Positions 1 through 10,783 of a DNA stretch of 20,000 nucleotides are shown here, piece by piece. The notes beneath the pieces were generated by a model, which worked only from the letters and a program-made list of their open reading frames with translations, was not told the origin of the DNA and made no database searches. The translations under genes and the position numbers were made by a program. Origin of the DNA: an uncultured virus (IMG/VR IMGVR_UViG_3300003860_000003) (lineage: Duplodnaviria > Heunggongvirae > Uroviricota > Caudoviricetes); the IMG/VR virus record IMGVR_UViG_3300003860_000003, positions 113,177 through 133,176 of that record; one strand, written 5' to 3'. The first letter of the stretch is position 1, and each line of letters starts with the position of its first letter.

Positions 1-2
1 TA

Positions 3-1805
3 TACATAAATACGCGAAGAGTTATCACAGAAACTTCAGTTGGAACTCTTACAGCAAGAGCTAATAATACAGATGCATCAATTATTTTAATAAAAGCCAC
101 TTACGTTCCCAGTGCTTCAATAGGAGCAGGATTTTCATGGAATACAGGAAACAATACTTGGTATGTAGACGTTAGTTTACCAGCAGGAGGAGTTACAATA
201 GGATATGTTGATGGATCTTTAGCTTCAAGAGATGCTCTTATTGCTGCATCAGAAGTTTCAATAAATAAACTTGACGCAAGCACTAAATACTGGAAACCTT
301 ATACAGATGGAAGTTTATCAATACGAGATGCTTCAATTGTTTTAATAAAGGCTACTTATATTCCAAATGCTTCTTTAAATGTTAGTTATTTTACATGGGT
401 CGGCGGTTATCTTGAACCAAGTATTTCAGGTAGCGGAACAACTAAAGTATATGTAGATGGTTCGTTATCATTAAGAGACGTGTCTATAGCAAATGTTAAA
501 CTTTATGTAGATGCTTCATTATTAGTAAGAGATATAACTATAGCATCATTAGCATCAACTAAAGCTAATTTATTAGATCCACAATTAACTGGAACGCCAA
601 GATCTGTAACAAATGCAAATCCTTATGATGCAAGTACACAAATTGCTACTAATCAATTTGTACAAACAAGAGTATCTATACTTGATACATCAATTTCTTA
701 TTTAAATACTAGAGGTATAGTACAAGATTCTTCAATAGGAACATTAACAACAAAATTAAATACTGCTGATGCTTCATTATATACTTTAACTTTAAGACAT
801 AATACTACAGAAGTTTCAGTAGGAACACTTACGGTTAAACTTAACTCTACAGATGCTTCTATAATATACATAAAAGGCATATATATTCCAAACACTTCTT
901 TAGGAACAGGTTTTTATTGGAGTGGTGGATATTTAAATGCAAGTGCTGGAGCAGGTGGAGGAACAGGAGATGTTACTAAAGTATATGTAGATGGTTCTTT
1001 ATTAGTTAGAGATATTCGTATAGCAGCAATTGAAGCATCATTAAATGATACTACTAATGCAGATATTTTATATCATCGTAAGTTATATGTAGATAGTTCT
1101 TTATCTATAAGAGATACTTCTATATCAAATTTATCAAAAAAGAGCGTATCATCTGATGCATCAATTGTTTTAGTAAAAGCTACTTATCTTGCAAACTCTT
1201 CTTTAGGCTCAGGATTTGCATGGGTAGGAAATCAAGTTATTGTAGATGTTAGTACAGTTGCAGGAGGAGTATCTAAAGCCTATGTTGATAGTTCTTTATT
1301 AACAAGAGATGTTTCTATTGCAACATTATCATTAAAAATTAGCACCAATGATACATCAACATCAACATTAACAATTAGAGTTAATACTACTGATGCTTCA
1401 TTGGCTACAGTAAGAGCCACTTACATTCCAAATGCATCTTTGAATACAAGTAAATTTAAATGGGTAGCAGGAATTCTTGAACCAAGTATAGCATCACCAG
1501 ATGTAACTAAAGCGTATACTGATGGATCATTAGGATTTAGAGATACTTCTATATCAAATTTATCTACAACTAAATTAAATCTTACAGGAGGAACTCTTAC
1601 AGGTAATTTAACAATTAATAGTTCTTTATTTGTTCAAGGTGATATTAGTGTTAACAGAGTAAGAATTGGATCATTTACATTAGAACCATCTGGTACATCT
1701 GGTTTAGTATTTAGATCAGCTACAACTGGATTAAAATTAATGTATCTTGATTCTTCTGGTAATATGTTAATTAGATCAAATATAGTTGCATATGCTGGAA
1801 TTTAA
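3..1805 (+). CDS. Tail fibre / fibre-like virion protein, 5'-truncated by the window edge
   Basis: Frame 3 is open from position 3 (YINTRRVITETSVGTL...) straight into the listed 480..1805 ORF, so the GTG at 480 is internal. Repeats YVDGSLxxRDxSI and DASIxxIKATYIPNxSLxxxFxW recur. It also carries a phage fibre repeat (KANLLDPQLTGTPRS...STQIATNQFVQ, ~561-666), the fibre motif LNLTGGTLTGNL and a C-terminal LDSSGNMLIRSNIVAY. Confidence 0.8.
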   Translation, partial: YINTRRVITETSVGTLTARANNTDASIILIKATYVPSASIGAGFSWNTGNNTWYVDVSLPAGGVTIGYVDGSLASRDALIAASEVSINKLDASTKYWKPYTDGSLSIRDASIVLIKATYIPNASLNVSYFTWVGGYLEPSISGSGTTKVYVDGSLSLRDVSIANVKLYVDASLLVRDITIASLASTKANLLDPQLTGTPRSVTNANPYDASTQIATNQFVQTRVSILDTSISYLNTRGIVQDSSIGTLTTKLNTADASLYTLTLRHNTTEVSVGTLTVKLNSTDASIIYIKGIYIPNTSLGTGFYWSGGYLNASAGAGGGTGDVTKVYVDGSLLVRDIRIAAIEASLNDTTNADILYHRKLYVDSSLSIRDTSISNLSKKSVSSDASIVLVKATYLANSSLGSGFAWVGNQVIVDVSTVAGGVSKAYVDSSLLTRDVSIATLSLKISTNDTSTSTLTIRVNTTDASLATVRATYIPNASLNTSKFKWVAGILEPSIASPDVTKAYTDGSLGFRDTSISNLSTTKLNLTGGTLTGNLTINSSLFVQGDISVNRVRIGSFTLEPSGTSGLVFRSATTGLKLMYLDSSGNMLIRSNIVAYAGI

Positions 1806-1834
1806 TAATATAATAAAAAAATAATAATTAAAAA

Positions 1835-3004
1835 ATGGGAAATGTAAATTCATTTACTGAAACTGTAAATCAATTAGTTGAGCAAGTTAATATTGCGTTG
1901 GAATCAGTTGTAAAACTTAATGATAGCATAACTACACAATCTGATAGTGTAACATTAACAATTGAACAACCAGACCCAATATCTGGAGATGTTTCGACAT
2001 TTACTTATTCATTACCTTCATATAATAATGTAATTAATAAAGTTAATGCGCTGGGGCAAACAATGGATACATTTGTTAAAGGAGAAGGAAAAATTTTACT
2101 TAATGATGGTACTTATAGAGAAGTTACAACAATACCAGTAGCTATATCTCCATCTAAAATTACAAATGTTTTAGCGCCCACAAAATTTAAAACACGAAGT
2201 AATTGGTTTTTTGAATCTATTATGTTTCCACAACTTGTAGTTTCTTTTGATCTTAAAGGAAAAATTGATGATAGATCCGATAGAGTAGTAGTTAAAAGAG
2301 TGATTTTTGATAATTATGATGATGGAGAAACGCAATGGTTTTTAGATCATATTATACCAACTACTAGAACATATTATGACACTATTACATATCTTAATGA
2401 ACAAGGAAAACAATATTGGGAAGACGAAGAAATACAAAGTCTTCCTTTATCAACAGAACCTTATACTGGATATTTTGTAATTACAGATATTAGAACAATA
2501 GAAGGAAAACAATGGTTTTATCTTGATACAACTAATTATGGTGTAACTTCAGATGCTCCCGTAATCAATGATATTCAATTATCAGTAGGCGATACATTAC
2601 GTTATGAAAATTCAATATGGAAAATTGATGATATACATTTAAATGAAAAAAGAGTACATGTTGTTGCTAATGTTGGTATGGATCATCCCACAATAAATCA
2701 TTCATTTGAAATATATAATGCACCATTTTCTACAAAAATGTTAGATATACCTGTAGGATTTGACGAATGTAATATTGTGTTTTTAAAGGGTGTTAATGAT
2801 GATTTTAATATAATAGGAGATGATTGGAGTGATTCTATAAATTTTTATTCTAATGACTTGATAATTAATGGTGGATCTACTACATTAGATGATTATTATA
2901 ATTTATATGTATCAGATTTTGGATTACAAATGGAAGGACAAGCAAAAGAAAAATTTATTCCAGCATATTTTGGAATAACTCCAGATGCACCAGTGATAAG
3001 TTAA
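1835..3004 (+). CDS. Hypothetical protein, probable virion (tail/baseplate) component
   Basis: 389-aa ORF with an A-rich leader, co-oriented in the structural cluster. No recognisable catalytic motif. Function inferred from context only. Confidence 0.6.
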   Translation: MGNVNSFTETVNQLVEQVNIALESVVKLNDSITTQSDSVTLTIEQPDPISGDVSTFTYSLPSYNNVINKVNALGQTMDTFVKGEGKILLNDGTYREVTTIPVAISPSKITNVLAPTKFKTRSNWFFESIMFPQLVVSFDLKGKIDDRSDRVVVKRVIFDNYDDGETQWFLDHIIPTTRTYYDTITYLNEQGKQYWEDEEIQSLPLSTEPYTGYFVITDIRTIEGKQWFYLDTTNYGVTSDAPVINDIQLSVGDTLRYENSIWKIDDIHLNEKRVHVVANVGMDHPTINHSFEIYNAPFSTKMLDIPVGFDECNIVFLKGVNDDFNIIGDDWSDSINFYSNDLIINGGSTTLDDYYNLYVSDFGLQMEGQAKEKFIPAYFGITPDAPVIS

Positions 3005-3027
3005 ATAAAAAATAAAAAAATAAAATT

Positions 3028-4170
3028 ATGGCAAGCAATTTTTTTAAAGTTGTACAAATAAATACTCAGTTAAATGCGGCTCTCGATACTGAAGCTATTA
3101 AAAATACACAAACGCAAATAGAATCAACAAAAACTATTATTAATAGTTTAAAAGATACTATTGCACAGCAAAAAGCTGAATTAGTATCTTTAATAAATGT
3201 TGCAGATAGAGCAACACTTCAAAGTAAAATTGATAGTAACAATAACAGTTTATCGAAAGCTACTATTGAATATCAATCCTTAGTTAGATCTTTAGCTACT
3301 GTAGCGTATGAAAATTCAGCCGTAGTTGCAGATCCTAAATATCGTGTAAGAGGATTTTTTCCTATTCCTGCACCAAAAGGAAATCCACCTCAACAAATTA
3401 TTCAATTTGAATATGCTTATCGCTATTTAAAATTAGATAATACTGGAATTTCTTTAAATACATTTGAATATACAGATCCAAGTACTCAACAAGTTGTTAG
3501 AGGTGTTTATACAGATTGGACAATTGTTGCTTCTGCTGTTAAACAAAAAGTTTTTGATGCATCTACAAATACATATACATGGGTTGTTGAAAATATAGCA
3601 GATGGAGAAGTAGTAAATATAAATCAAATAGATATTCCTATTCAAAAAGGAGAAAAAGTACAACTTAAAATTAGATCAATATCTGAAGCTGGCTGGCCAT
3701 TAAATCCACTTAAATCAGCTTGGTCTGATCCCATTATTATTGAATTTCCTTCAAATCTTGAAGGATCGAATCAAGTTGCAAATATATTAAGTGACGCAGC
3801 TGTTGAAGAAGAAACAATTAAGTTAGATCAAACTTTATCTGCTGCGGGTGTTCCTACACATATAGCAGATAGCGTTCCTAATCCAAATTCTGGAACAGGT
3901 ACATATTTTAAACATCAAGCTGTTAATCTTGCATTTGATCTTAAAACAAAAGATAAATACGGAGTTATTAATACTGTTAATACTACTGATTTACAAAGCC
4001 AATTAGACACAATAGCTGCAAATACATATGTACAAGTTTTAGCAAATCCCCTTTCTTCTCAAGCAGGAGCATATCCTCAAATTACAGGAACCTTACAACA
4101 ATTATTACAAGCTATTATTAATACAGATCCTTCTATATATGATCAATTTGTATTAGATATAACAACTTAA
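3028..4170 (+). CDS. Hypothetical virion protein with N-terminal coiled coil and beta-sandwich (FN3-like) segment
   Basis: 380-aa ORF. Heptad-like IKNTQTQIESTKTIINSLKDTIAQQKAEL near the N-terminus. VQLKIRSISEAGWP...KSAWSDPI resembles the end of an FN3-type domain. Confidence 0.6.
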   Translation: MASNFFKVVQINTQLNAALDTEAIKNTQTQIESTKTIINSLKDTIAQQKAELVSLINVADRATLQSKIDSNNNSLSKATIEYQSLVRSLATVAYENSAVVADPKYRVRGFFPIPAPKGNPPQQIIQFEYAYRYLKLDNTGISLNTFEYTDPSTQQVVRGVYTDWTIVASAVKQKVFDASTNTYTWVVENIADGEVVNINQIDIPIQKGEKVQLKIRSISEAGWPLNPLKSAWSDPIIIEFPSNLEGSNQVANILSDAAVEEETIKLDQTLSAAGVPTHIADSVPNPNSGTGTYFKHQAVNLAFDLKTKDKYGVINTVNTTDLQSQLDTIAANTYVQVLANPLSSQAGAYPQITGTLQQLLQAIINTDPSIYDQFVLDITT

Positions 4171-4182
4171 TAAAATATAAAT

Positions 4183-7100
4183 ATGTTTAAATATTTTAAC
4201 GATACAGTAATTTTATCTTCACAAAACCCAGAAGCCATTTTAACTTATGTTCATGATGCTTCTGACTACTATATAACTGTTAATTCTATTTCCGAAAGAA
4301 ATGTATTATATGCAAATGGAATTGATCTTTATGATTGTTGTACAAATGTATATTTATATGGATTACAAATAAATGATATTGCTACTCGCGCTGCATTTCA
4401 TATTTATACAAGAAGTGTCTCTGAATTTGATATAACGATATCATTTAATATTAGTGATTCAACGGGAAGTTTTCTTTATAATGATTATGTTACTATTCTC
4501 AATAGACCTACAATAATTGCTGGCGGATTTAATACATATGAAAACAAAGAAGTTTTAGTTGATAATGAAACATCATATTTAGTATTAAGAACCAATCCTA
4601 AATTCACAGGAAACATAAAACTTATAGTTGATGTAAGTGAAAATTTATATTTAGATACGTTTAAAGTATCTGATATTTTGTCAAATAAAAAATATAGAAA
4701 ACAAAGTGTTTCTTCTGAAAGCGTATTATCAAGCGATATTAGAAATGTATTTACCGCTCTTCCTTTAGGAGAACTTTATAGAGTAGATTCTTTAAATACT
4801 TTAGATATAACTATTCCTAAAACAGAATATAAAGATCAGTATCGTACGACATATAATTATGGAGCAAGATTATTTGAAGATGAATTATATGCAGAAGATA
4901 ATGCGTTATTAGCTCCTATATGGATAAATAGTAAACTCCCCGATTATTTTTGTGTGTTTAGAATGCCGGGTATTTATAATGTAGAAACATATAATAATGA
5001 TTCTCTTTCATACTTAGCGTCAAAATATTTTGAAAATAGTGACATTATTAAAACATGGAGTTTAAAAAATGATTCTGGATTAGGAAAATATTTAGAAACT
5101 CATAGAAATGATTTAATTAAATTTCCTGCACCAGTATTTTTATCTTTAACTGATCCAAGTATTTCTACCGCAGATGCAGATCCGAATACATGGTATGGAA
5201 TTACTGTAGATAAAGGTGTATTAGCAGGACGTTCAGAAACACCTTATTATTTTAATAAAACTATTAATAATTTTACAGAATTAAATGCGTTTGTATCTAA
5301 TGGGTTTGAAAGAAATAATTTATTAAGCGCTAATCTTTTAAATATTGAATATATTTTTGATGATAATGATGTTAGTGCATATACTATGAATCGTTATTTT
5401 GGATTATATTTAACTGAAAATATTTTATATAAAGTAGCATATTATAATGATTTTTCAACGGGAAATGTAAGAATTCTTTCTCTTGATGGAAGAGATCTTA
5501 GCACATTCATTAATTCATCTGTATTTACAAATGCGGGAGATATTTCGCCAGAATATAGAAATAGATTATTTGTTATAAATGATGGAAAAACTCTTAAACG
5601 AATTACATCTGTTTCTCAAATAAATGGAAGTGAAGGGTATATAAATAATTATGTAAGTAATCCAAATAATAATATATTTAGTAATGTAGTTAATAAAAAA
5701 GAATATACTCCATTTATTACATTAAGAATTAATAATCATTTACATCAAGGAGAACATCTTCGTATAATAAATAGAACTCAAAATAAAATATGGGAAGCAT
5801 ATGGTATAGCCGATGTATCAAATTGCCAAAAATATGTATCTACATATACTGAACCTGGAGGTTATCCTACTATTTATCAAACAAACTTTTTAGTAACAGG
5901 AAGTATAGAAGATCAAATAGATTCAATAAAAGAAGCATTTCATAGATTTGAAGACTATAATGATAATTATTTTACAACTGGATTAAGTGCAAGCAATTGG
6001 ACAGCTATTCTTCTTAATGATGTTGCAGATTCATCAGAAAGCTGGGAATTTCAAAGAATTACAGCGCAAACTTTGAATGATTGGAATAATGCCAGTTCAG
6101 GATTTAATAGTGCTGCACGTCCTGATGATATAACATTTTTTGGTCGATTCACGCCAGAAGATGCTAATTTTGAAACAATCGCTTATGATGCGCAATATGG
6201 CCCAATAAATTTTGAATTATATGGAGATAGAAGAACAATATTTATAGATTTATTTAATAGAGGAAGTAATTTATTATATAATTTCGATGCCAGTGAAGCT
6301 GATAATTTAAGTCAATATACTTTATATCAAGGAAAAGATAATTGGTATAAATTAATTATTAACTTTGATATATCTTCTAATTTTATAGATTCATATCAAT
6401 ATATTCAAGATCCTTATCATGAACATAGATATTTAATTCAAACTGCAGAAGAAATACAAACAGTAACAGGATTTTGGAATTCTTATGATATTCAAACTTA
6501 TAATATTTCTTTAATGGGAGTAAATCCAGTAAAAGATATAGATTATACCGTGTATGATTCTTCAACTCTTAATTTTACGAGTGAATATTTTTATAAAAGA
6601 GAAGATGATATAAGTACTTATTTTTTAACAGTTCCAGCAAATACCGCAAATGTAATTGAAATTAAAGATTCTTATCAACTTATTTCAGGCACGGGATATA
6701 TTACTATAGGTAATGTAACTCAAAATTATTCTGGATATACAAGTATGTTTCCATTGGGATTTAACACATTTAATTCTAGTGCATATATATCAGCTACTAC
6801 AGATACTCTTATTACATATAATTTATTAGACGGCTCATATAATTATACATCTTATAAAACTGGTTCAGCATATTCAGAAGAAAACATTTATGATTATTAT
6901 AATTCTACTACACGTTTAAAATATGGTTTAACGGTTCCTACTGTTTCTAAATGGGTAGGATTGGGCACAGATTGTCGAAATAATCCATTTAGATTAATAT
7001 TTAATTCTAATATATTTGATTCTGTACTTCCTACTAATTTTATTCCTAGTGGAAATAATTATACTCAAGAAATAACATATCCCGTATTTAAATATTTAAC

Positions 7101-8919
7101 ACCTGGAACCAGAGCATGGCAAAGTTATATTTTTCATGATCTTAATGATGTAATGGAATATGTAGAAGATGGTATAACTTATAGAAAAACTATTAAAAAT
7201 TTAATATTTGAAAAACCCTATAATGATATTTTTTCAAAATTAATATTTTCAAATAATGAAGTTGATGATACTATAAATCGTTCTGTTTTATGTTACTATA
7301 ATGATTATAAACAATCAATAGATATATTATTTATGGGATTAAGCATATCTATAAGTATTAAAGATGTTGCTAAAAATACTATAAATATTAAAGATTATAA
7401 TAGATATAAATTTTCATTTATATCAACTTCTTCAAGAAATGCACACAGTAATAAACCCATAGAAATTATTATAAATGAAAACACAAAAACTGTTTTAATG
7501 ATATGGTACCAGGGTGCAGATGTATTAAATTATAATAAAAGATATTCTAATGGCATTTATGGTTCACCTACATATGGAGGTGGTACCGGAAAATCAATAA
7601 TGGATGACGTATCTCTTGGTGTACAATGGAAATCACTGAAAAATGGTCCTAATTGGACATTTGAAAAAACTCCATTTATAGTTAGAACAGATGTTTTAAA
7701 TAAACCTCTTGTTAACATGTATGAATATAAAGATTTTATTTCATACGATGTAAGTTTAATAAGACCGTATGCACAATTAAGTCATGGACTAAAAAGTTTC
7801 GATACTACATTTAATGCATTTACAAATTTAAATACATTAATAAATTATCCCGATACATTATATGCACCATATTCTTATAATACTTTTTCTAAAACTGTTG
7901 ATTATTCATATAGCAGAAGTGTAAATACATATGGAGATAGTATAGTTAATTACGGATATTTATATCAAAATAACTGGAATTTATATGCAAATAATACATG
8001 TAATATAAATACATTAACTAGTTTTCTTAATAATGAAAATGATTACATTATGGCGTATATTATTAGAGAAAATGTAATATATGATAATCTTACATTTAAA
8101 ACGTGTCCATTTTATTTTGCATTAAATACTCCGCGACAATTTAATAATTTAACAACATATAATGGCTGGTATACACCTAAATTTGATTCTATATTAGATT
8201 TTAAATCTAACGAAGACAAAGATTTAATGGATATATTGAATCTTGATTTTACATTAAGTAATACAAATTTACGTTCATATAAAAATATTGATCAATTATG
8301 GTACAATAAAGTTACTACTAGAGTTTCTGAAACAGATGTTAGCGCTGCCAATGCTATTGATTATAAAGAAGAATTTAATGTATTTAATGCTCTTTGGGAT
8401 GCAAATTATTATACATTACAAGAATCTACATTAATTAATGGTTATGAATCATCTTTAGAATTACCATCATTTTTTGGATCAAAATTAATAAAACTTCCAG
8501 ATTATTTAGTTTTAGATTCCTTTGATGTAACAGTAGCTTCAGTTATAACTGATACTAATAATTATATTTTAAGTTATAATTTAACTAAAATTATATCTAA
8601 TTTATTTAAAGATAACAAACTATTTTTAAATAACTGGGCAGGATTAGCAGCAACAGACGCAATTATAAATTCTTATATTAATGACACTATCATTTCATAT
8701 TATAACATAAGCATTAGTAAAATTAAATTAAATCTTTATACAAAAAGTTATGCTACTTCATTATTATATTATACATATGATACTCAATTTTCAGAAAATA
8801 TAAAAATAAATTATACAACTAAATTATCTTTTGAAAATAAAGATTGGAAATATTTGATAACAATTCCTAAGAATTTAAATTATTCTTATTATGTTAAGTT
8901 TACACTCTTTGAAAAATAA
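4183..8919 (+). CDS. Large (1578 aa) hypothetical protein, probable baseplate/tail structural protein
   Basis: Uninterrupted 4.7-kb ORF, N/Y/S/T/I-rich with beta-type composition, lying between fibre-like genes. No enzyme motif recognised. Confidence 0.6.
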   Translation: MFKYFNDTVILSSQNPEAILTYVHDASDYYITVNSISERNVLYANGIDLYDCCTNVYLYGLQINDIATRAAFHIYTRSVSEFDITISFNISDSTGSFLYNDYVTILNRPTIIAGGFNTYENKEVLVDNETSYLVLRTNPKFTGNIKLIVDVSENLYLDTFKVSDILSNKKYRKQSVSSESVLSSDIRNVFTALPLGELYRVDSLNTLDITIPKTEYKDQYRTTYNYGARLFEDELYAEDNALLAPIWINSKLPDYFCVFRMPGIYNVETYNNDSLSYLASKYFENSDIIKTWSLKNDSGLGKYLETHRNDLIKFPAPVFLSLTDPSISTADADPNTWYGITVDKGVLAGRSETPYYFNKTINNFTELNAFVSNGFERNNLLSANLLNIEYIFDDNDVSAYTMNRYFGLYLTENILYKVAYYNDFSTGNVRILSLDGRDLSTFINSSVFTNAGDISPEYRNRLFVINDGKTLKRITSVSQINGSEGYINNYVSNPNNNIFSNVVNKKEYTPFITLRINNHLHQGEHLRIINRTQNKIWEAYGIADVSNCQKYVSTYTEPGGYPTIYQTNFLVTGSIEDQIDSIKEAFHRFEDYNDNYFTTGLSASNWTAILLNDVADSSESWEFQRITAQTLNDWNNASSGFNSAARPDDITFFGRFTPEDANFETIAYDAQYGPINFELYGDRRTIFIDLFNRGSNLLYNFDASEADNLSQYTLYQGKDNWYKLIINFDISSNFIDSYQYIQDPYHEHRYLIQTAEEIQTVTGFWNSYDIQTYNISLMGVNPVKDIDYTVYDSSTLNFTSEYFYKREDDISTYFLTVPANTANVIEIKDSYQLISGTGYITIGNVTQNYSGYTSMFPLGFNTFNSSAYISATTDTLITYNLLDGSYNYTSYKTGSAYSEENIYDYYNSTTRLKYGLTVPTVSKWVGLGTDCRNNPFRLIFNSNIFDSVLPTNFIPSGNNYTQEITYPVFKYLTPGTRAWQSYIFHDLNDVMEYVEDGITYRKTIKNLIFEKPYNDIFSKLIFSNNEVDDTINRSVLCYYNDYKQSIDILFMGLSISISIKDVAKNTINIKDYNRYKFSFISTSSRNAHSNKPIEIIINENTKTVLMIWYQGADVLNYNKRYSNGIYGSPTYGGGTGKSIMDDVSLGVQWKSLKNGPNWTFEKTPFIVRTDVLNKPLVNMYEYKDFISYDVSLIRPYAQLSHGLKSFDTTFNAFTNLNTLINYPDTLYAPYSYNTFSKTVDYSYSRSVNTYGDSIVNYGYLYQNNWNLYANNTCNINTLTSFLNNENDYIMAYIIRENVIYDNLTFKTCPFYFALNTPRQFNNLTTYNGWYTPKFDSILDFKSNEDKDLMDILNLDFTLSNTNLRSYKNIDQLWYNKVTTRVSETDVSAANAIDYKEEFNVFNALWDANYYTLQESTLINGYESSLELPSFFGSKLIKLPDYLVLDSFDVTVASVITDTNNYILSYNLTKIISNLFKDNKLFLNNWAGLAATDAIINSYINDTIISYYNISISKIKLNLYTKSYATSLLYYTYDTQFSENIKINYTTKLSFENKDWKYLITIPKNLNYSYYVKFTLFEK

Positions 8920-8927
8920 AATATATA
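8920..8927 (+). promoter_or_regulatory. Candidate late promoter RATATATA
   Basis: AATATATA in the 20-nt intergenic gap, 12 nt before the ATG at 8940. The same motif precedes 15088, 16199 and 17589. Confidence 0.4.
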
Positions 8928-8939
8928 AAATAAACCAAC

Positions 8940-10769
8940 ATGGCAAAATTTAATTATGCACCTGGATTACCAGGATACGGAACACAAGGAGCAGATGGAT
9001 CTGCAGGTAGTACAGGATTATCTATGTATTTTTCAGATATTGATCCAGATACTAGTAGAACTGTCATTGAAGGAAAAATATTAGGCAATTATATGATATG
9101 GTCTGGTGCTGATGTGCCTTTACCAAACGGAAGAACATATCAAGATGGGGATCTTTTTATATCTTCAGAAGGAAGAATTTATGAAATAATTGGAGACACG
9201 TATGTTGAAACTACTATGTCTATAAACATATCAGGATATTTCACTGATAGTGGAGAAACTGCAATTAATGGTGCTTCTAGATATAGCAATACAAATCCTA
9301 GATATATTATAGATAATGTAATGACTACTGTAGCTCAACCGTATGCTAATTATCCATCTGAAATATATGGAATTATTCCTAAATATTTTACAAGAATAGA
9401 ATTTACAAATATAGATCAAAATTTTCAATATAATGCATTTAGTTTATTTTCTTCAGCAGATGGTGATGATATAAGAGCTATCGCAATAGTAAGAGATATT
9501 AATGATAATATTTTTAGAATAGGAAATGCTGATATAAATGGGTTAACACGAAATGTTAATATAACATTTGATGTTAGTTCATTAAGAGTTACAAAAGATG
9601 TAAATAATCTCTTTAATGCTAATACATTAGAAGGTACTGTATTAACTAATTATGAAATGAAAATGAATCATTTAGTTGATCCAGTTTTTACTTATGATGA
9701 TGGATATAGTAGTACAGACACTTCTTCATACTTATATTATGCAAATAATGGAACTGCTGAAGTATCAATATATTGGGATTTAACTAGATTAATAGATGGA
9801 TATGATCCTGGTGTAATAAAAGCAGATTTAAATATTCATGTAGATGCATCAATAAGTAATAAATCTTTTGCTTTTGATATTCAACAAAATCCATCTTCTT
9901 TAGTTTTTAGAGAAATTGAATCAAGTGGGTCTGTATTGATAACAGGATTAGATACAGATAAACTTTATCATGCGTATCTTGACGTATATGAAAGAGGGTG
10001 GCAAAGACAATCAAAAAGAATAGCACTTACTGATGCTGTAATATCAACATTTATGATTGATGTTAGCGGAGAGATAAATCCTTCATGGTTTACAGTACGT
10101 TGCCCATCTTCTGCATGGGGATTTAATGTTGAAGTATCATCTAATTATTCATATAGTGTTTCAAAAATTGATTATGGTCATGGAACTAGCTGGCTTACTT
10201 GGTCACCAGCTAACCCGCAACCTGCTCGTTTAAGATCTGATTGGTCAGCTCCACATGATGTATCTATTTTAGTTAGTGCATATAGTGGAACATCTGATAG
10301 AGATATTTTAATTAGATTTACTCCTACTATAGGAACAGCACGTGGGTTCTGGGTTTCACAACCCGGAACTGCTCCTTCAACTGGAAATATTGAATTAACT
10401 GCATATTGGGCAGATACACCAGGACCTTACAATGGATATAAAGGAAGAGTTACTGTAGAACAATTAAGCGGTATTACGTGGATTACATATAGTACGGCTA
10501 TGTCTATAACGCCTCTTCAAAATGGAACATATATATTTACTACAGTTCCAGCAGTGCCAGGAACATATAGATTTAATTTAGGAAATAATCAAGGGTATCC
10601 AGATACAATGAGTGTTTATATAGATCCAGCAAATTCAACACAAATATTAAGACCTCGTAATCAATCATGGAGTGGTGTAGCAGGTTCTGGTAACGATGTA
10701 TATTCTAGTTCATTTACTGTTACTGCAGGAGGATCATTTTTAGGATTCGTTAATTTATATACAGCTTAA
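8940..10769 (+). CDS. Virion adhesion/fibre-like protein with short collagen-like N-terminus and BACON-like domain
   Basis: N-terminal PGLPGYGTQGADGSAGSTG (Gly-x-x). Segment VEVSSNYSYSVS...TSWLTWSP...ILVSAYSGTSDRDILIRF...FWVSQPG (~10050-10368) fits the BACON pattern (SN, SWL, R, V-x-Q-x-G). Confidence 0.65.
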   Translation: MAKFNYAPGLPGYGTQGADGSAGSTGLSMYFSDIDPDTSRTVIEGKILGNYMIWSGADVPLPNGRTYQDGDLFISSEGRIYEIIGDTYVETTMSINISGYFTDSGETAINGASRYSNTNPRYIIDNVMTTVAQPYANYPSEIYGIIPKYFTRIEFTNIDQNFQYNAFSLFSSADGDDIRAIAIVRDINDNIFRIGNADINGLTRNVNITFDVSSLRVTKDVNNLFNANTLEGTVLTNYEMKMNHLVDPVFTYDDGYSSTDTSSYLYYANNGTAEVSIYWDLTRLIDGYDPGVIKADLNIHVDASISNKSFAFDIQQNPSSLVFREIESSGSVLITGLDTDKLYHAYLDVYERGWQRQSKRIALTDAVISTFMIDVSGEINPSWFTVRCPSSAWGFNVEVSSNYSYSVSKIDYGHGTSWLTWSPANPQPARLRSDWSAPHDVSILVSAYSGTSDRDILIRFTPTIGTARGFWVSQPGTAPSTGNIELTAYWADTPGPYNGYKGRVTVEQLSGITWITYSTAMSITPLQNGTYIFTTVPAVPGTYRFNLGNNQGYPDTMSVYIDPANSTQILRPRNQSWSGVAGSGNDVYSSSFTVTAGGSFLGFVNLYTA

Positions 10770-10783
10770 TAAATAATAAAAAT

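Noticed and set aside
480..482. GTG start of the listed 441-aa ORF
   Set aside because: The frame is open back to position 3 with the same repeats, so the gene starts upstream of the window.
1..1560. Nucleotide repeats as a CRISPR array or DGR template/variable pair
   Set aside because: The repeats are degenerate, in frame and vary at synonymous positions. There is no constant repeat-spacer period, no adenine-specific mismatch pattern and no reverse transcriptase in the window.
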